A stretch of 20,000 bases of DNA from an uncultured virus (IMG/VR IMGVR_UViG_2568526354_000007). Lineage: Duplodnaviria; Heunggongvirae; Uroviricota; Caudoviricetes. Location: IMG/VR virus record IMGVR_UViG_2568526354_000007; one strand, written 5' to 3'. This document shows positions 17,101-20,000 of this stretch, piece after piece (position 1 is the first letter of the stretch; each line of letters starts with the position of its first letter). Both the position numbers and the translations under genes were made by a program. The notes under the pieces were generated by a model that was not told the origin of the DNA, did no database searches, and saw nothing but the letters and a program-made list of their open reading frames with translations.

Positions 17101-17253
17101 TTATACGTTAATACCTTGCTTCTTATAGTACTGGGAAATCTTCTCTTTTTGCTCTTCGATTTTCAGATCGAGTTTAGCAACACGATTAACGAGCCTTTCC
17201 CGTCTGGCTTCAAGCTCTTTCAGTTTGACAGCTTGTTTTGTAATTAGTCTCAT
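17101..17253 (-). CDS. Small basic coiled-coil protein (50 aa, not in the ORF track)
   Basis: Read by hand: MRLITKQAVKLKELEARRERLVNRVAKLDLKIEEQKEKISQYYKKQGINV*; ATGA overlap with the upstream gene. Confidence 0.7.
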   Translation of the reverse strand: MRLITKQAVKLKELEARRERLVNRVAKLDLKIEEQKEKISQYYKKQGINV

Positions 17254-17573
17254 TCTTCCTCCTCCTGTAGATATAGTTTCATACCCTTTTTAGTTAGTCC
17301 CAATGTATGCGTATCATCAGCCCATTCATTAGCTACTTTTATAGAATCCGCAGGGCAACCATAGGTAAGCCTTACTTCATATTCACCACCTGGAGAAATA
17401 CTATCATCTCCATATCCAACAACCAACTTGCTATCAAAAGCCATCAGATTACCATAGTTGTTGGCGAAGTAAATTCCTGCCTTTTCACATTCCTTATATG
17501 CTTTCTTTAGCTTGTTAAAAGCCTTTTTTTGCTCGGCTGTTAGTTCACAGACCGGATATAATCTATCATCCAT
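17250..17573 (-). CDS. Hypothetical phage protein
   Basis: 107-aa ORF in the early operon. Confidence 0.75.
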   Translation of the reverse strand: MDDRLYPVCELTAEQKKAFNKLKKAYKECEKAGIYFANNYGNLMAFDSKLVVGYGDDSISPGGEYEVRLTYGCPADSIKVANEWADDTHTLGLTKKGMKLYLQEEEE

Positions 17574-17603
17574 AATGTTCCTATTTAAACTGTTTTGAAT
17601 TAA

Positions 17604-18287
17604 TTATCTGTATACATTCATTGTATAGTCATCCGGATCGTCTATAGATTTTTCTCTATGCAGGTATAGCCTCTTTCGTGCCACGTATGAACGGGAAATA
17701 GTTTTTAAATAGTACTCCAGCATAGGAATCATTCTTTTTTTATTGATAATATCATCCAACGCCAATTCGGAAACAGCGTACCAAGCCATATCCAAAGAAT
17801 ACTCATCAGAGAGAAGGAATCTTTTTTTGATATAATTGATTACTAATCCTTTCATGCTTTGGATTTTGGCGGCTATCGGTGCAAAGTCACCAGACTTATA
17901 ACATGACAACACTAATTCTATGAACTCAATAGACTTTTTGTATTCCTGTAACACATCCACGCGGGGGGAAGAACTTCGAAGAGCATTGATAACTTCTTTA
18001 TTAAGCCTTTCTCTGGAAATCAGTTCCGGTTCTCCGGCTTCATTCATTCGGATAACGGCTTTTGAGGGTATATCACGTATATTTATCCCATGTATAGCGC
18101 AATATAGGACCCGGGGAAGTGTCGTTCTAATATGCAAACCTGTCTCCGTTCTCATTTGAACGGTATTTCTTTTTGTAGAGAGACATTGTATCTTTCCTCT
18201 ACAAGTGCTTATAACAGCCCCGTTGTTTCTATTTATCTTATATCTGGAAAGGCCCGGTATGGCTAACCATTCGTCATTTTTATCCAT
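17604..18287 (-). CDS. NUMOD4-like N-terminal domain protein with a sigma-region-2-like C-terminus
   Basis: EWLAIPGLSRYKINRNNGAVIS resembles NUMOD4; no intact HNH motif; helical C-terminus YYLKTISRSYVARKR...KSID. Confidence 0.5.
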   Translation of the reverse strand: MDKNDEWLAIPGLSRYKINRNNGAVISTCRGKIQCLSTKRNTVQMRTETGLHIRTTLPRVLYCAIHGINIRDIPSKAVIRMNEAGEPELISRERLNKEVINALRSSSPRVDVLQEYKKSIEFIELVLSCYKSGDFAPIAAKIQSMKGLVINYIKKRFLLSDEYSLDMAWYAVSELALDDIINKKRMIPMLEYYLKTISRSYVARKRLYLHREKSIDDPDDYTMNVYR

Positions 18288-18324
18288 GTTTATTTAGTTG
18301 TACGTTGATATTCTGTCTTCTATA

Positions 18325-18600
18325 TTACCTTCTTCCTCCTCGAGCTGGAGCATTGTAGGTAATTTGATATTTTTTTCGCAGCATTTCTATGTACTCAGGA
18401 GTTACATTTTGCGGAGCAACAAGTACATGTGTGCGGTTATCAAGACGAACCATGACCTTATGCTGCTCTTTTTGTGCAGACTGCATGCGCATTTGTGCGA
18501 TAGCTTCCGGATTTTCGTTTGTAAATAGATTAGCTTTCTGTCTCTTTGTTCCACTTGGAGACAGGCTTGGTGATGAATGTACTGTTTTCATAATGATCAA
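18325..18600 (-). CDS. Hypothetical basic protein
   Basis: 91-aa ORF (start may be the second Met) co-oriented in the early operon. Confidence 0.7.
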   Translation of the reverse strand: MIIMKTVHSSPSLSPSGTKRQKANLFTNENPEAIAQMRMQSAQKEQHKVMVRLDNRTHVLVAPQNVTPEYIEMLRKKYQITYNAPARGGRR

Positions 18601-18607
18601 AATTAGT

Positions 18608-18675
18608 GTGGGCTTCCGGGAATCGAACCCGGCTTCAATGATTTTACATTGATATGCCTCCTTACATCAGGCCCA
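18608..18675 (-). ncRNA. tRNA-like cloverleaf (non-canonical, no assignable anticodon)
   Basis: TGGGCCT-G-ATGT AAGGAG GCAT-A-TCAATG TAAAAT CATTGA-AG-CCGGG TTCGATT CCCGG-AAGCCCA: acceptor stem 6/7 pairs, perfect T-arm, 6-nt anticodon loop. Confidence 0.7.
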
Positions 18676-18679
18676 TTTT

Positions 18680-18854
18680 GCCGGGATTCACATCCCGGCT
18701 CTTTTGTGTAACAAATCCCTAACCAGGGGCTTTAACCCTACGTGTGTCCTTTCACACGGCATTAAAAATGAATAAATCAATTAAACTTCTATGTTTGAGA
18801 AAATAAAGTATAACATATAACCGGATTCGCACCGGGCACATTCCTTATATGTGC
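18680..18854 (-). ncRNA. Further structured modules: AAGGA-loop hairpin plus T-arm-like hairpin (two copies) and a lone hairpin
   Basis: GCACAT ATAAGGA ATGTGC|CCGG TGCGAAT CCGG (18854-18821); CGTGTG AAAGGA CACACG|TAGGG TTAAAGC CCCTG (18758-18724); GCCGGGAT GTGA ATCCCGGC (18699-18680). Confidence 0.55.
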
Positions 18855-18856
18855 TT

Positions 18857-19246
18857 TTAGTTAATAATATATGGTTGATATATAGAAGTTTCGTGTCGAC
18901 GGATGCGATACTCTGTACGTGGTCTTCTTACTCTTTGCATGGTATATGATATATTTGTTACTGTTGTCACTTCTCCAAGGGAAAACAAGAGTAAGATAAC
19001 TCCTGCTGTACATTGCCTGGCAATAGGAGATAGATCAAAACTAATTCCGTAATTAGTGCAGAACCACCATGCCCCCAACTCAGTCACTTTACTTAAACCT
19101 AATTTTGTTTTTGCATTTCGGAGAGTATTGTCAACAGTGCTCCAACTCACATGGAAGAAATCAGCTACTTCTTTATAAGAAGCTCCCCAGGCAATACGTT
19201 CGATGAACTGTTTTTGACGTTTACTTAGAATGGCATTACGATTCAT
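18857..19246 (-). CDS. LuxR-type HTH protein with a hydrophobic C-terminal segment
   Basis: LSKRQKQFIERIAWGASYKEVADFFHVSWSTVDNTLRNAKTKLG is a LuxR/GerE HTH; ATG 19246 overlaps the upstream stop (ATGA). Confidence 0.85.
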   Translation of the reverse strand: MNRNAILSKRQKQFIERIAWGASYKEVADFFHVSWSTVDNTLRNAKTKLGLSKVTELGAWWFCTNYGISFDLSPIARQCTAGVILLLFSLGEVTTVTNISYTMQRVRRPRTEYRIRRHETSIYQPYIIN

Positions 19247-19494
19247 AATTTGATCTCTGTAATTTCCCAACAATTTTCAATACCATATTTTAGAAATACA
19301 GTCTCAACAGCTTCAACTACTTCTATGCTGGGAGAAGTTATACCTTTAAGTTTATTGTACCAAGAGGTTCGATTATTGATACTAAAGACACTATACAGTT
19401 CTTTTTTTAAACTTTCAATCTGCCCTAATGGCACCCTTTCATATGCTTTTTTAAAAGAATAGCGTTTTTTCGCTATTGTCATTTGTTTATTCAT
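19243..19494 (-). CDS. Cro-like HTH regulator
   Basis: 83 aa; first gene divergent from the repressor; INNRTSWYNKLKGITSPSIE is XRE-like. Confidence 0.7.
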   Translation of the reverse strand: MNKQMTIAKKRYSFKKAYERVPLGQIESLKKELYSVFSINNRTSWYNKLKGITSPSIEVVEAVETVFLKYGIENCWEITEIKL

Positions 19495-19527
19495 CGCTTA
19501 CCTTTGTATCTTTATGATTTACGTCCG

Positions 19528-19632
19528 CAAACATATATATAATATTTCAAATTATGAAACATTTAATTGAATAAATTGAAATACAATTTCATATAATTAT
19601 ATAAAACTCTGATAATCAATTCATATATTGAA
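19528..19632. promoter_or_regulatory. Lysis/lysogeny switch region: leftward -7 promoter and two putative operators
   Basis: Minus-strand TATGTTTG 19535-19528; TTCA-N5-TGAA palindromes at 19546-19558 and 19620-19632, both followed by ACAT. Confidence 0.6.
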
Positions 19633-19634
19633 AC

Positions 19635-20000
19635 ATGAAAAAGAAAAAAGAAACTCCAATGCATCCCGTCGTGGAAAATATCCGTAAAATAATTATGGAT
19701 AAAGGAATTACCCAAGTTGCTGCATCTGAACTTGTGGGTACTTCTGCATCTCAAATGAGTAAAATTTTGAATGGAGAAGTACAAATTAGCATTTGGCAGA
19801 TTTCAAATTTTGCAACTAATCTTGGAATGGAGATAATAGACGTATTTACATATCCTAATAAATATGTAAAAGCAGAAGACAGGAATGATAATAAAGAACC
19901 TATTGAGGCAGTTCTCCAAATTAAACTCAGAAAAGATAAAAAAGATCAAGTACTAAAGTTGATATTTGGAGAACATAATTTAGAAATATTAAACAAATAA
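19635..20000 (+). CDS. XRE-family HTH repressor (CI-like)
   Basis: NIRKIIMDKGITQVAASELVGTSASQMSKILNGEVQISI is a canonical HTH_3 motif; divergent from the Cro-like gene. Confidence 0.85.
   Translation: MKKKKETPMHPVVENIRKIIMDKGITQVAASELVGTSASQMSKILNGEVQISIWQISNFATNLGMEIIDVFTYPNKYVKAEDRNDNKEPIEAVLQIKLRKDKKDQVLKLIFGEHNLEILNK

Larger units (their letters stand above)
1..20000. mobile_element. Temperate prophage segment (Bacteroidales), from the repressor switch through replication to the head/packaging module
   Basis: Co-oriented minus-strand TerL, prohead protease, capsid, primase-helicase, SSB and Cro-like genes, with a divergent XRE repressor; dense gene packing with ATGA overlaps; both ends lie outside the window. 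Confidence 0.95.

Noticed and set aside
18608..18675. Calling the cloverleaf a functional tRNA gene
   Set aside because: 6-nt anticodon loop, single-base acceptor/D-arm linker, 2-nt variable region, an acceptor mismatch and no encoded CCA after the discriminator; kept only as tRNA-like
18650..18854. AAGGA hairpin loops as a CsrA/RsmA-sponge sRNA
   Set aside because: Each AAGGA hairpin is paired with a T-arm-like hairpin, which fits tRNA mimicry better, and a Csr system is not established for this host group; not fully excluded
19563..19784. 73-aa minus-strand ORF over the switch region
   Set aside because: Antisense to the repressor and overlapping the operators; likely spurious

Overview
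This window is an internal segment of a temperate tailed prophage of a Bacteroidales host, inferred from Bacteroides-type TAnnTTTG promoters and the protein families present. At the right end is a divergent lysis/lysogeny switch (XRE repressor on +, Cro-like and LuxR-HTH genes on -). Continuing leftwards on - come a variable early region of small genes, a replication block (zinc-finger primase-helicase, SSB, repeat-rich putative origin) and a head/packaging block (prohead protease, major capsid protein, two paralogous tube-like proteins, PLD-family protein, two TerS-like genes, TerL). The start of a holin-like gene is at the left edge. Between TerL and that gene lies an opposite-strand 4-gene cassette (hypothetical, ArdC-like ssDNA-binding protein, N6-MTase-like protein lacking the canonical catalytic motif, SymE-like protein); its first two genes share a repeated hairpin plus 17-bp leader. 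The other notable signals are a cluster of tRNA-like D-loop/T-loop RNA modules at 18.6-18.85 kb, a shared late-promoter motif GTCCTT-N21-TAnnnTTGCAA, and a tube-like structural protein with an apparent signal peptide. No integrase, portal or tail tape measure gene is visible in the window. All protein calls come from motif recognition by eye; no searches were run.
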